From contig JBHGNT010000129.1 in NCBI GenBank assembly GCA_043228905.1, forward strand, positions 7,552 through 71,551: a DNA stretch of 64,000 nucleotides, in the 5' to 3' direction. A program made the translations under genes and the position numbers. The notes beneath the pieces are model-generated. The model was not told the DNA's origin, did no database searches, and saw nothing but the letters and a program-made list of their open reading frames with translations. Each line of letters starts with the position of its first letter. Within the stretch, counting starts at the first letter, position 1. The DNA comes from Azolla caroliniana. Taxonomy: Eukaryota; Plantae; Polypodiophyta. Shown piece after piece: positions 1 to 13,417 of the stretch.

Positions 1-40
1 GAGAATGGCAATCCTCTTGACTTTCCCATTGCAAGTAATC
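1..40 (-). CDS. Exon 2 (partial, runs off window) of AAGAB/p34-like gene
   Basis: Acceptor TTTCTGACAG| at 42-41. Phase-1 join reads RLLAMGKSRGLPF. Confidence 0.7.
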
Positions 41-837
41 CTGTCAGAAACAGTTTCAAAACCTTCATGGATTTAACGTAAGGAACTTCCAAATGAAATA
101 ACGCAACTACTACCTAATCAAACAGAAAGAATGGGACAAATTTTCAGAAGTCAGAAAGAAATTATTGTACCACACTTTCAAATGAAAAGAAATCACAAAA
201 TCTTTCACATCATATAGACAATTTACAAATAAGTAAACAATCAACCAGCAACAATGATTGCAGAAGAAAAAAAAAACCTTCTCCAAAAGAGCAAAATTGA
301 AAGACTTCGGAACAAATTTCAATTCATATCAAACATATACGAATAAGAACTCAATTAACCAACCACATGCACATATAAAACTAATACTTCTTCTAAACAT
401 TAAAATCAAAAGACTTAGGAACGACATTCACATCATATAGAAAATGTATGATATTAGAAAACACACATAAAAACTAACTCTTCTACTATTGCAAAAAATC
501 AAAACGCCTTACATAAAAACTAAGAGCTATCTTGAGATTAAAAAAATTAAGTGAAAGAGTTTAATTAAATAGACCTAGCATAATAGGATGAAAGAAATGA
601 ATGTTTTTTTCTTCCAAAAATTTATTTGCAAATGAAAACCATTAAGACGAGAAAAAAAAAGATAAAAAAACAAACATCTCTTAAGGTATAGGGTAAAGGA
701 GAAAGAACATGAACAAATAATGTCTAATGTTGGTGAAACATGATAAAAGAAAGAAAGACTTGATAAAAGCATCACGAACACATTTGATATATCCAAAACA
801 GCGTTGAAATTTGAGGAATAAGAAGAAGAATGATTAC

Positions 838-973
838 TTTGAAGAATAGTCCGTTTTCCAACATTAGGGGGACCGATCAGAAGAATTCTCGACCAATTCT
901 GGCTAAGAGGCGTCAAATCCTCTGCTTCTGCTTCTGCGTCTGCATCTGCATCCACCGGAATTTGAATACCCAT
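838..973 (-). CDS. Exon 1 of AAGAB/p34-like (alpha/gamma-adaptin-binding, GTPase-like fold) protein
   Basis: ATG at 973. P-loop-like ILLIGPPNVGKRTILQ, then donor A|GTAATC at 837. Splices in phase to exon 2 to give KRTILQRLL, as in plant p34 homologs (recalled family pattern). Confidence 0.75.
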
Positions 974-1558
974 CCTCGCTTATAATAGCGAATAGAATAG
1001 AACCGAACAGAGAGATCTACCAGAGAAGATGAAGGGGGGAGAGAGAGAGAGGGTTTTCGTCTTCAGTCGTGTGTGTAAGTAAGTAAGTTGTGGCATTATT
1101 ATTGTTGGCTTCTAAGTTCTGAGGTTTGAGTGTACATACATACATACATACATACACTATTTTGGACCATGGCCCTGGCCTTAATACAAAGACCAGAAAA
1201 CACTTAACATTCGCAAGGTTCCCAATCTATGTACATTTGGGCATGATATTGTTCTTCTTCCAATCTTACACTAATCACACACGATTCATGGAAAGATTAA
1301 GGGAAAGAATGGATTAAGGGTGCCTCACTTCACCATACTGGCCGACCGCCCCTGAGCCATGACCAGGACACGAAAATAAACGAATCCCATTAGTGTCTCC
1401 TACCACCAATCATGTTATACCTCAAGAGTCAACCGATTACAACATCTTTCGATGTCGTCATTATATGACTAAACTCCTTTGGCACTCCGACCGTCACATG
1501 TCCTAGATCTCGATAGGGTTGTTCCAAGTCCAAGGAAAACCAATTTTCTACTTATCCT

Positions 1559-2182
1559 TAGCAATGGGCCCGGTTCGGTTTCTTGGCCTTGAAACCAAAC
1601 CATTTATTAATAAAAAAAACCGAACCAAACTGTTTTAAAATTTATGAAGCCATTTAAACCAAACCGTTTATGAAAAATTTCAAACCAAACCAAACCGTTT
1701 CCATTTACGAAAAATTTAAAACCAAACCAAACTAGTTTATCATAAATCAAAACCAACCAAACCAAACCATTTTTTATTGATATTAATCATTATACTTATT
1801 ATAAATTTGTGTGAGAAAATCATCATAAATTTTGTCATCATACTTATTATAAAATTTGTCATCATACTTATCATAAATTTGGTCATCATACTAATTATAA
1901 ATTTGATCATCATACTAATCATAAATTTGATCATCATACTTATCATAATTGATCATCATATAAAATTTAATAAGTTAAAACAAGAGTTTAAAATTAAAAG
2001 TTGAAAGTTATAGCTTATAGAAAATATTTATGAGTATTTTATAACCTATAAACCTTTGAACCGAACCACATAAACAAAAACCGATAAGCCGCTAAGCCGG
2101 TCAATTCAAAACCGAACCGAAACCGATTAGTAACATTCGAAACCAAACCAAACTGTTTAGTTATCTTTGAACCTACATTGCA
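1559..2182. mobile_element. Degenerate AAACC/GGTTT-rich non-autonomous DNA transposon (MITE-like)
   Basis: Dense AAACCGAACC/GGTTCGGTT motifs like the hAT MITEs elsewhere in the window. Ends are degenerate. Confidence 0.45.
1780..1960. repeat. 24-bp tandem minisatellite (ATAAATTTGATCATCATACTTATC-like, ~7 copies)
   Basis: Directly visible repeat. It explains the Ile/Met-rich spurious ORFs. Confidence 0.85.
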
Positions 2183-2556
2183 CTCTTGTTGTAACAAATC
2201 AAATTTAGGGAAATTACATTACTCTAATAAAGGGAGGTATTGTTAACATTTTGTAGGCTTCTTTTTTACATAAGTCGAAGCATAAGATGGTTTTTTACAT
2301 AAGAAGATAATGAGAAAATAAGAAACATCTAAGATTGACATTGAATCAAAATGGTGTCACCTCACAGTAATGCATATGCATGCATGCCTTTTGGCGATCA
2401 TGCATCCGACTATGCGAGGTGACAACATCTTGCAATATTTGTAGTGTATGGCCTAGACAATCTATGAAAAGTTTAAACTTATCATTGAATTTAATTTGTT
2501 GAAATCCAGCTAATTCTATTAACTAATCAATAAGAACCCATGTAGAGTCATCATCT

Positions 2557-2666
2557 TTGTATCACAATAGAGGTGAGATGAAATGTCTTCTCCTGTTTCC
2601 TCTATGTACATTTCTCAAGTAATATACTAAGGTGTATCTTTCTTTTAAAAAAGAAAAAAGAAAAAA
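2557..2666 (+). mobile_element. Short A-tailed retroposed (TPRT) insertion
   Basis: A-rich tail, flanked by 25-bp direct repeat AAGAACCCATGTAGAGTCATCATCT (2532-2556, 2667-2691). Confidence 0.65.
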
Positions 2667-4157
2667 AAGAACCCATGTAGAGTCATCATCTCTTTGTGTT
2701 TGAGGTAGATCAACAATAAAATTTAGAGATACTTGCAATTATTAGTAGGAATACTGAGTGATGTAAAAGACTTGCATTTTAAATTTGTTACACCTTATTG
2801 AATAGACACTGCAAACATTTGGTTACACAATTTTGTAAGTCATGAAGTAATTCAAATCATAATTGTTTTTTGAGATTAGCATGAGTAAATGTATTCCTCG
2901 TACCCCAACTACACGTGTATCATGTCATTGAAAAATAGTTTTCCTTTTGATCTCAAGAAAATCTAGAACACAAATCTTCCCATTTAAAAAAGTAAACCTT
3001 AGGAATGTGAAAGCTCAACTTTGAGGTCATAGTTATTTTAATTATATCTAAACTAGATTAAGCTTTCATATGTATCTTTGAAAAGAATTTTCATCAAGTT
3101 TTTTCCTCAACATTGATAAAAAAAAGAGAGAATTCCTTAGCTCAATGAAGGTAAGCATGTGAACTATGTGTATCAACAAACATTGGATTAAGGGAATTAA
3201 TGATTTCCTATTCCTTAGTTTTAAGAAGCCTATACGACTTAATACTTCCAATCTAGAATATTGTTCATAGGCCAAATGTAGATAAGAAACATAACCATAC
3301 TATAATTTGTGAAGAACTACACTTTATTAGATAGGAATGACTAATGGCCAATGGACTTGTAATGCAGAAAGGGATTCTTTAGGGTTCCAACTTGTATAAA
3401 AGGGTAAGAACTTTCACTTATAAAAGGGCCTTTGAATGCCCCAACTTTGGGGCTATTTTCCACTAACAAAACTTTCCAACATGTAGCTTTTCCATACAAA
3501 ATAATCAAGATGTACATGTTTTTTTACTTAGCAATTATCTATTTAATTGAAAACTTCATATGTTTCTTACTCAATGATTATCTATTTAATTAAGACTAAA
3601 ATATTTCTTGATTGTTGTGGTGATTGGGTGCATGTTAATTTTAGATTGACTTAAGAAGCCTTCAAGGATTCAATGGTTACATGAAGTAGAGAATTTGAAA
3701 TATATTGGACTTGTTAACTTCTCAAGATCTTCCAAGGACTTCATATTTTCATATTGCATACACATTCCATTTTAAACCACCAAATGGAGTTTTGGATGAC
3801 CTTATACTGAAAGGCATTCTTGTCATGCACAATATTTTTTATGGTTTCTTGTTAATAAACATCGACAAACTATAGACGATGTAAAGCATGAGAGCTACAT
3901 GTCCTCGCACAATAAAAGCAACATGGAAGAAAGAGAAGGTTGAGTAACTTATTAAACAACTAAATGCTTCCAAGATGAGCAATGATTAGCAAACATTTCA
4001 AGAAGATGGCTTCTTTAATGGTTAATGAGGAGTTTTCGAAGCCAAATCAATTTCTACTTGATGGAATGAGTCATTTCACCTCCAACCCATACTTTTATGG
4101 AGAACTATTAGTGCATTGGAGTGCACGTCACTAGTCACTATGCTAGATGTTTCTTCT

Positions 4158-4449
4158 TTTTTCCAAAAAAAAAACTACTTCCATTAGTTAAGCAATGTAC
4201 AAAGGATAAGTTACAACTCATATCTTACAAGACATCTTGCATGTCAAAGGAAAACAATATGTGTAGATGAAACAACAACAAAAAACAACTCCAAAGCACC
4301 ACATCATTCGATGTGTATAACATTACTCGAACGCATATTCTCCACGTGAGCCTCATACAAACAGAATTCAGCATAGATGTCCTCCATTCACTCCTCATGG
4401 TAGCACCCATCTAGATGTTAGGTACACTTGGAGGGAACAACCACCGTGG
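4158..4449 (-). mobile_element. 5'-truncated LINE 3' end
   Basis: 17-bp TSD TGCTAGATGTTTCTTCT (4141-4157, 4450-4466). Terminus TTCCAAAA..CTACTTCCATTAGTTA is shared with the L1 3' ends at 35519 and 45231. Confidence 0.65.
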
Positions 4450-7290
4450 TGCTAGATGTTTCTTCTATCTAGCCCTTTTCTAGTATGTGCTATACTCAAC
4501 TGTGATTGATAATTGAGGTTACACATTCAAGGATGGGTTATCACATTTATTACAAATAATAAATTCCATTATTGTAATGCTATCGTGAATGTCTAAACAA
4601 AATCCCCATTCTACAAGGTTTAAGCATCATTCATGAATGTAAATAGTTTTTTGAATATCGTTAATTTCTATTATTATTTATGTAATTAGACTATATAAAT
4701 TAATTGGGATAAAGGTTGAATCTTTGCCATTTCCCTTTGCATGTGTGTATGGATACATGCTCATGAAGATGAATCAAGAGGTACATGCACATGCTCATGC
4801 ATATGCATCAAGAGGGTCCATACAATGTTTTGATGTTATTCGATATTGCCAATGACTTATGTTTGACATTTGGTGATGGGTGGGATTGCTTGTTTGTCTT
4901 ACTAAGTGTATATGTGTTGGGATGATAGATCATGAGACCTAAATATGTCATAGTGCACATAATAATAAAAGTAATGATATCTTGTTACTTCCATTATTAT
5001 ATCAATATTATGTACAATGATAACTTATGAGTGTATTTACAAAAAGAACCATGCTCTATTTGTTGGGACTGTATTCAACACTATCCACTTTTGCTTTCTT
5101 ACTTTTCACATGAACAAAATATATAAATGTGCTTATGGCAAGAGAGGCTCTCTATTCAGAGTATAACACTTGTCATATTGGTTCCAAAACTGTATGAAAG
5201 TATCAACAACCCTTTTTATTTAGAGTTTTTCGATCAATATAAATTGTCCAATGAGTATCGTGGCAACTCATGCATCCATAGAAATGAGATGAACGATGTT
5301 CAAAACAGGGTAGCTCCAAGCTTTCCCAATTGAAATGCGTGTTGGCATGGTGCTTTGCCAATCATGGCACCCAATATCTATCATTCATTTTCTAATGTAA
5401 TTTTGTAGATCATGCTAAAAGGGAACCAAAAAACAAGAAACAAGCCCCCACCCTTTAACTTTCTTGTATCGAAAAGATTGTCAAAGATTCACTAGAAAAA
5501 TGAAGTATGTTTGTAGATTTACGAGGTAGATGCTAAATGTTTAATAATAAACACCCATAGAATGGGCATGAAGTTACAAAGAGGTAAGTTAGCTTTCCCT
5601 AAAAAGCTAAGTCTCATAACATCATCTTGCATGTGCCTTCCTTTTTCTTTAATATATAACTGATTTGCAACCAATTGACAATCTCGGTAGTTTATTAACG
5701 TAGCATTCAAACAACAATTTCTCTCCCAACTCTTGTTGAGATCATTATGATGATAACAATTGACAAAGTTACAAATTCAACTTACAATAATAATGGCCTT
5801 CCATGAACCCAAATTTCATGATAGGAAAGTGAGAAGACACTAATTATTGAAACACTTTTCCTTGCTAAATAGCTTCACTAGATGGAACTAGGAACTACTA
5901 CCAAGAAATCCTAACAAAATGACATCTTAGTTTGATTAGTCATCATCTAAATGTCATATCATTAGACTTTAGATTGTAGCAACCGTAAAATGAATGTCTA
6001 CAAAAATACAATGAAATGACTATTGCCATGTCATATGAACATATTTGATGATAGACCATGTATAATGACGCCTTTATCACAACTTTATTCATAAAAACAT
6101 TACTGCAAACATTTGACTTTTTAATCTTATTCCAACACATTCCCATGTGCACAGTCATTGTCTTAGATCATACTGCCCAAGTTGTTATTATTTTTGTGTG
6201 TGCATGGTTTTGTCTTCACATAAGGAATCACAACAAAATTCCAACAACATCAAGATAGTGCAATGTGAAAGCATAAATTCATTACAGATTGCCAAAAACT
6301 TTGATACAATGATTGATTACCACCAAACACATGGTTTTCAACAAGTATATGAAATCATTGTAGTGTGCACATAATTGTGGTTTTTATTATAGATGAATGC
6401 TTGTCTTTAAGAGTTGGAAAAAAGGAAAAAAAGTGCTTCTAATAGAGCAATTGCAGTTCTCAATGAAATTGGCAACATCACGACATTTAATTCTGTCCAA
6501 TGAATTGTAGATTCACGAGGTTGTATTAGCAAACTTTTAGGATGTAAATGAACACATGTGATAGTGTACTTGTGAATCAAGTTCACTACAACTTTAAGAC
6601 AAAAATGCTTGAAGTTGGCATTTAGTAGGGATAACCTTCAAATTTTGTCATGATATTTGAAACAATGTTGTCCTCAAATTGGTTTCTTTACAAAATCACT
6701 TGCAGCAACACAAAGATAAAAAAAACACCATCATTAGTCTTTAATACAAAACCAATACCAACACATTGAATTGCATTCATAAGTCTCGTACCAGTCTTGT
6801 CAACACACACACCCATAGCCTATGTACGTTTTCAGCATAACTACAATTGATATACTCAATTTTGCCCATAAAAACCCATTACATCTCAACAAAGGGCCAT
6901 ACAATTGAGAATCTGAGATAATAATGATATCCAAAAATATGGAAGAAAAACACAATTAAGTCAAATCAGCTGGTCGAAGTACACCCAAGTGAATGGGAAA
7001 AAAAACTCAATTCATTGAGAAACGCATGTCACCGCATTACATCATCGTGATCCACCTCAATTTCTTGCCCATAGTGATCTTATAGAACAAGTATTTCTGA
7101 TACTATGTATGCAGTATCTTGTCCGAATGCATACATGTGTTTTCAGCAAATGTACATAAAAAAAACATGGAACCATCTGTAAGTGATCACATACATTGCA
7201 GTTCAAATAGCATAACAGTACAATATCATGATATATTCTCTCATGTGTGTGTGTTTGTGTAGGTAGGAACGACATCACGTAACACGTTCT

Positions 7291-10200
7291 CTAGTTTTGC
7301 CTAGCTGAAAGAGTACCATTGCTTAAGCTAGTCTTCCACGAGTAGTCATTTGAAGCCTGGAAGCTAGCTGCCAAGCTAGCCTTACACTTCTCATTCAATC
7401 TTTGCAACCTTAACTTCACCATGCAAAGGTCACAACTTGAAGCCACGCTTCCGTGTCGGCAGACAATGGGTGGTGATTCAATAGCATCGGTGACCATTTC
7501 AGGTTCATTATGGGCAGTTATCTCAGCTTTATTATGAACTGGTTTTTCAATATTAGCCTCAGGAATCTCGTCCCTATACATTTCAGGGCTTCCAAGCCAA
7601 TTATTCACCCGAGAATCTTTCACCAGAGAAGAGAATGAATCGCCTTGGCTCGCTGGCGATGCAGATAATTTACTGCTCATACTTCCAAATTCGCCCATTA
7701 TAAATTCTTCACCCAAATCACTACTTAGTTCTAGATCATGAGCTATATTTTTGTTGTTAATCATGCCATATTGCTCAAGACTCGTGTCATGAGTGGTGGG
7801 GCTATCGAGCTTAGTAGAGGTCACATAATTAGGTTGCGATGCAACCGCCCGGGTCCCAGGATAATGTGGTCGGATACTATAAAGGGATGAGGCTGGCACA
7901 TTTGAGACAAGAGAATGCAACCCATTGGATGCACTTTGTCGAATATCCTGCCATATCAAAACCAAAAACCAACAATTAGGCAGCTAATTAGTTGCCAATG
8001 CTTAATAATTCGGCAACTTAATTGGTGTGCCAAAGCTTTTTATGATTAGGACACTTATTTAGTAATCAGGACATGTTATCTGTTCACTGAAAAGTTTTAA
8101 ACAACCTCCCATGTGGGAAATTAGGTCGAACTTTCATTTTACCTGTGGGAAATAAGAGCCTACTTTCCTCATGTTTCCCTACAAGATTTCAACATTGCTA
8201 GCTTCTGCAGGCAAGGCTTCCCATACCTAGCTAGTTGGGGCATATGTGGGAAATTATATCCCGTCATCAATGACCAAGTGGTAAATGAGGGCCCGTTTGC
8301 CATAGCAATGTGTGGATGATCGAAGTGGGAAAATGTGTATAACTTCTTGTGATAGATATACTTTAAATATGATAATGACTACTGCTATAAATTACACTAT
8401 ATTAACCCCGTTCCACATAAAATCTGCTCCACATGTTTCCATACAAGAGTTAAACATTGGGCTTCTGCAGGCAAGGATTTACATACATAGCTAGGTGCAA
8501 TAGGGGAATTTTCCCATGTTGGAAACTAGAGCTCATAAATTCTCGTGATGCCTTCAATAAGATGATGATCATGATCATGACTACGACTATAAACTACACT
8601 ACTAACCTTGTTCCAAGTAAAATCGATGGGTTTCCGCTGTGAGCTTCTCATGAATCCAGCCGCATCTCGGCTACTGGCTGTCGGAGAAGCGGGCTTTCCC
8701 CCACCACTAGAAGCTTTCATTTGAGACATTGACCCAGCACGTGGCATTGTTTCAGGATAATTAAAGGACGAGGTTGAAGATACAGGTCTTCTAGATTGTA
8801 TCAACTTGTCGACTGTCTTTGAGGTAGCATTCGGGCTTCTTTCAATCTTAAGACCACTAGCTCTACTCGTGAACAAAGAAGCGCTACCAGAGCTCGGCCT
8901 GTCTAGTATAGTAGAACCTGGCAGTACGGTACTAATGGATCGGATGCGTGCAGGGCTTGCAGAGGCGCGTCGAGATATGGGGTCGGGCCCATCTGACGTG
9001 CGCCGGGATGTCAGATCATGACTGTCGGAGGTGCGTTGGGATGTGAGCTCATGGCCATCAGAGGTGCGTCTAGATATCAAATCATGGCCATCAGTTGACC
9101 GTCGAGCCATCATATCATGGCCGTCGGATGCACGACGGGGTGTGATGTGATGATTTTGACCATCAGGTACGCTACTTGTAGCTGCAATATGTATAGGGTG
9201 GTTTTCTATGGGTGATGAATAAGAGCTTCTCATGTTGGAGGAGGGGCGAGCGGCTGCAGTGGTTCGAAGGTTAGGCGGTGGCTCAAGTGCAAAACCAGGA
9301 ATGGCAGAGAGTTGCTGCCAGGTGGCCGTCGAATTCTGAGCTGGCACCTTACTATTGGGCGACGTACTACGAGAAGAAGGCGTGCTACGCGATGGCAATG
9401 GCCTCCCCTTGGTCACTGAAGAGGATCGGATCATCTGGACTGTCGATTGTGGTGTGGATGGACGCTTGGATGGTGTTGATGAGCGGCTCGATGTATTAGT
9501 CATCGAAAAACTACCACTGATACTACTACTGTTTCCATTGGTAGTTCTGACTAGAGATGAATCCATTGTTCTAGTTCTCATAGTGGGGGTTGTGGAGCGG
9601 GACGATATGATTGTTGCAGAGGGTGGTTGTTTCGAACTAGATCTACTTGTGGGCGTTGTCGGGCGAGATGGTAGTATAACCGTGTTAGGGTTAGGGTTTC
9701 TCTTAATCGGAGTTGAAGAGCGAGATGAAGGTCTAGTTCCTGATACTGAAGCTGAAGCCAATGTTGATGCTGAGGAAGAGGAAGAGGAGGAAGGTTTTTT
9801 GCTACTAATTGTAGAGAAATTAGCTCCATTACTGATAGATCTCGCTGCTGTATTCCATCCATTATTTCTTTGTGAAAATAGGGTTGAATCTTTGATTTTG
9901 CTAGTGATGAGGTCTGGTTTTGAGCCCACCACCTGTTGCTGCAAAATCTCGACCTTAGCATCCCACATATGGCTATGAAGAAATGGCTTGCATATCAAAT
10001 TTTTTGGATTAAGTAAAAGATGAAGACGGGAACAAAAACATAATCCTTTTAAACACACATAATGCACATTTGGCTGATTTAGAGGAAGGTTAAAAGGGAA
10101 AACTAACCTTTTTAAAAACACACACACATTTGGCCACGGTGAATGAATTAACAGATTTATGGAAAGATTAAGAAGGAAAAAGAACCCTTTAGAAACACAC

Positions 10201-11018
10201 ATTTGGCTATCGTGAACCTAACTTTAGGGTAAACACACCACTTACCAGATTTTAAGCCCGATTAAATGGAAAAAATAGTTATTTAGGGGAACTTTAAGCT
10301 ATACGGAATTAACAAATTTTGAACAGGATTAAGAGGGGGAAAGGCATTAGAAAAAGCATAAATTTAGCTATGGATGTAACTTTAGGATAAGATTAACGAC
10401 AGGGGAAACCCCTTTAAAGAGACACAAATTATGGTGAAATAATAGTTTCATGGGGGAAATACCCTTAAAAAAGGATTTGGCTATGGTGAATTAGCAGATT
10501 TTGGGGGCCGAACACCCTTGCAAAATATGCATTTGGCTGCTATGTTGAAGTGTAATAGGTTGAAAGTAAGATTATCAGTGAGAAAAACACCCGAGAAAAA
10601 CGCACAGGTTTTATATCTTTTTCTGCCTATTTCAGAATTATAACTTACTCGAGAGGTCTTGATTGTGGCAAGAGACCGAACCAAATTCGGCAAAGATGTG
10701 GGATCAGATAAGAAATTCTCTGCATTTTCTGATGAGTTATAATGGTAAATTTGCGCAGGAGGAGATCCTGGAGGTGTCAAAAGCCTGCAAATACAGAATA
10801 AAAGAAGAAGACGCAGTGAGAGAAACAGTAAAAAGACGAAGAAGATAACTGATCGGTTCTCTTATGAGACCAACAATATAAATACGATTTAAGAAGAAAG
10901 TAACCTAGACGATATTTGTTTGGTTATACCAGTCATAGTCATTTTTTCCTAGATCTCCTGTGAGAAGGTCATCCCCTCCATTGCTGTTGCTCTCTGCTAC
11001 AGCAGAAGAAGACGCCAT
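7291..11018 (-). CDS. BPP-type (basic proline-rich) microtubule-associated protein, 4 exons, ~737 aa
   Basis: Exons 11018-10930, 10784-10649, 9938-8607 and 7947-7291 have GT-AG borders and join in phase. Splicing reconstructs DDLL..KNDYDWLLTPPGSP and a DIR motif, typical of the Arabidopsis BPP family. The body is S/P/T/R-rich. The exon 3 acceptor and an extra upstream exon are uncertain. Confidence 0.8.
8965..9140 (-). repeat. 33-bp (11-aa) coding tandem repeat RRxSDGHD.., 5-6 copies
   Basis: RRASDGHDMMA RRSTDGHDLIS RRTSDGHELTS QRTSDSHDLTS RRTSDGPDPIS RRAS. Confidence 0.85.
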
Positions 11019-11510
11019 AGCTGTGAAGCTTCACTAACAGCAATATCTTCGATCTTCTTCTCTCACAGATCAATAAAAAATTACCACCCAAGAAGAGCTT
11101 CTTTTTAAGGCTAAATCCAGAAGGCAAAGCTAAACGTAGCGCAGAAGAGAGAGATGCTTTTTACACAGCGTTTCTGCGGACCCCTGAGCGAGCTTCAGAG
11201 AATCTGACGATGGCAGTCACGACCAAAGTAACTAATCGAAGACCCAACACAGGAAATGAGGTCTGACGATAAAAGATAAACAATTAGGAAAGTTTAAGAA
11301 AATGCGGTCAGAGTAAGAGCAAAATCTGAGGAAAGGTCGCTTCGGCGATATAGAAGGAGAAGAAACAGGAGAAAAGCGTAAGGTTATGGCGAGATGTAAG
11401 AGAGGAAGAAAGAAAAAGGAAATGTTCAGATCTTTGAGAAAAGTTGAAGCAAAGGTCGGCTATGGCGGATGAAGAAGGTTTGCTCTAAATTAATAAATAC
11501 ACTTAATATG

Positions 11511-11518
11511 TATTTATA
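11511..11518 (-). promoter_or_regulatory. Candidate TATA box (TATAAATA) of BPP-like gene
   Basis: Lies just upstream of a long CT-rich minus-strand leader, ~500 bp from the ATG. Confidence 0.35.
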
Positions 11519-12242
11519 TTTGTAAATAACGCGGATCACGTTCTGTTTTCTCAATTAAATTTTAAAATACCCCCCCCCCCCCCCCCCCACTTTAGAAACT
11601 TTTTTTTAGACCTTTGGTTGATTGATTTAGTTGAGATTAGTTAATATCTTGGAAAAAGCACTCTGGTGAAGTAATTGACGTCTTGATTATATCCATCTTA
11701 AAACTCAAGGGGCTTAATTTGTGGAGATTAAGGGCATATTTGTCGTGAAGGAAGAGATTAAGATGATGGGTTCTCGTGTTTCGGCTATTACTGACGTGTG
11801 TTTTTTATGAGGTTATGTCAAATCGGAGTCCTTTTCTGGTGGCCATACCCTATACATGTATTTTGACGTGTTTCCTAATAGGCATAGATGTATGTTCATG
11901 TCCATGCTACTTAGGCACATTGTCAGTGATGATCAAATGCCATTTCTCTCTACTTCACAAAACTTTACAAGAAGCATGATAACATATTAGCTCAGTATTT
12001 CTATACGACTTACTTACTCGGGTAGTTCAATTATTATTATAAACCCAAGAGAGAGTGATTGGGGGGTGGTTAAGCGCGTGTTTAGATTTGAATGAATTAA
12101 GATTAAGATGATGAATGCAACTTAACTTTTTAGCGACATAATGATGTGATTAAAAAACCAAAGAGAGGAAAAATGAAGCATAAGGAGCTAATCATTAACC
12201 AAGTGAGGTTGTTATGAACCGTTGGATTCAATCCAACAACGA

Positions 12243-12700
12243 AGTTTCATGGTCTTCATCTAGTCGATTAAAGGACCATGAATAGAGAATCCCTTAAGTG
12301 CACAAGGTTGAGTGATAAAAGTGTCACCCTTTCGAATTTGATGGCTTTTTCTAGGGTGTGAGAGTTGGAACACCCACTTTGGGTGTTTAATCCAACTAAT
12401 GAGTTTCATTGCCTTCATCCACTCAATTAAAGGACCATTAATAGAGAATCGCATTAAGTGCACAAGGTTGAGTGATAAAAGTGTCACCCTTTCGAATTTG
12501 ATGGCTTTTTCTAGGGTGTGAGAGTTGGAACACCCACTTTGGGTGTTTAATCGAACAAATGAGTTTCATTGCCCTCATCCACTCAATTAAAGGACCATTA
12601 ATAGATAATCGCATAAGTGCACAAGTTGAGCGATAAGTGTCACCCTTTCGGATTTGATGGCTTTTTCCAGGGTGTGAGAGTTGCAACACCCACTTTGGGT
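12243..12700. repeat. ~160-bp tandem repeat, ~3 copies
   Basis: AAGGACCAT anchors at 12271, 12430 and 12590. Units are nearly identical. Confidence 0.9.
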
Positions 12701-13137
12701 TCGGTCTACGTAGAGTAGACAAATGTCGTTATACACCAACTCAAAAAACAACTTGCACAACTATAAGGGTTAGTAAAACTATCAAAAGGTGAAGGTGCTC
12801 ATACAATCTATATATACACACACATGCAATTCATAAATGTAGACACATACACCTAGAGAGAGAGAGAGAGAGAGAGATCTACATTGTGTTTTCCATTTGC
12901 TCACATTTCTAAGTCGGTTCTCTCAATGACGCCTTTTTTTTTTATAGTGGAAAGGCATCCATAGAGTCTACAACAATGTGCATATAGGTAAGAAACATGT
13001 CATGAGGATGCAAGTATGCAATCCATCATGTGGAATGGGTTTGACTCCCATTCTACCACTCAAAAGAAAGTGTATTAGGACAATAGACAACTCACTGCCT
13101 ACTTGATCATATTTACACTATTGAACCTTGTAGTTAC

Positions 13138-13417
13138 TAGGAGTCAGCAACAACTCGGCTAAAGCCTAAACCGAGTTGGTAAACCGTTTTTAAACAGTTT
13201 GGCAGTTCGGCTCGACTCGGTTCAAGCATAAGCTTTGTAAACCGGTTTGAGCTCCATTTGGCAAGACTTGAGCCAAACCAAACTTGTTAAGGCTAAATGG
13301 TTTGTCCAAACCGGTTTGGTTCACGTTTGAAAACTTATAAACTAGTTAAGGCTTAACTAGTTTGGTTTGGACAAGGCCAAACCGGTTAAGCTTAAACCAA
13401 ACCGTTGACAAATCCTA
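13138..13417. mobile_element. hAT-type MITE
   Basis: Ends TAGGAGTCAGCAA / TTGACAAATCCTA. 8-bp TSD GTAGTTAC/GGAGTTAT (6/8). AAACC-rich interior. Confidence 0.65.

Noticed and set aside
575-837. Continuation of the 132-aa ORF as coding
   Set aside because: It reads through a GT donor into T-rich intron sequence.
1740-2004. Ile/Met-rich membrane peptides
   Set aside because: Translation artefacts of a 24-bp minisatellite.
4900-6800. Decayed transposase or gene in AT-rich interval
   Set aside because: No motif could be identified with confidence by eye.
9355-9978. 207-aa plus-strand ORF
   Set aside because: Antisense shadow of the Ser/Pro/Thr-rich BPP exon.
11570-11588. C19 homopolymer as a regulatory G-quadruplex
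   Set aside because: Simple homopolymer of uncertain length; no supporting evidence.
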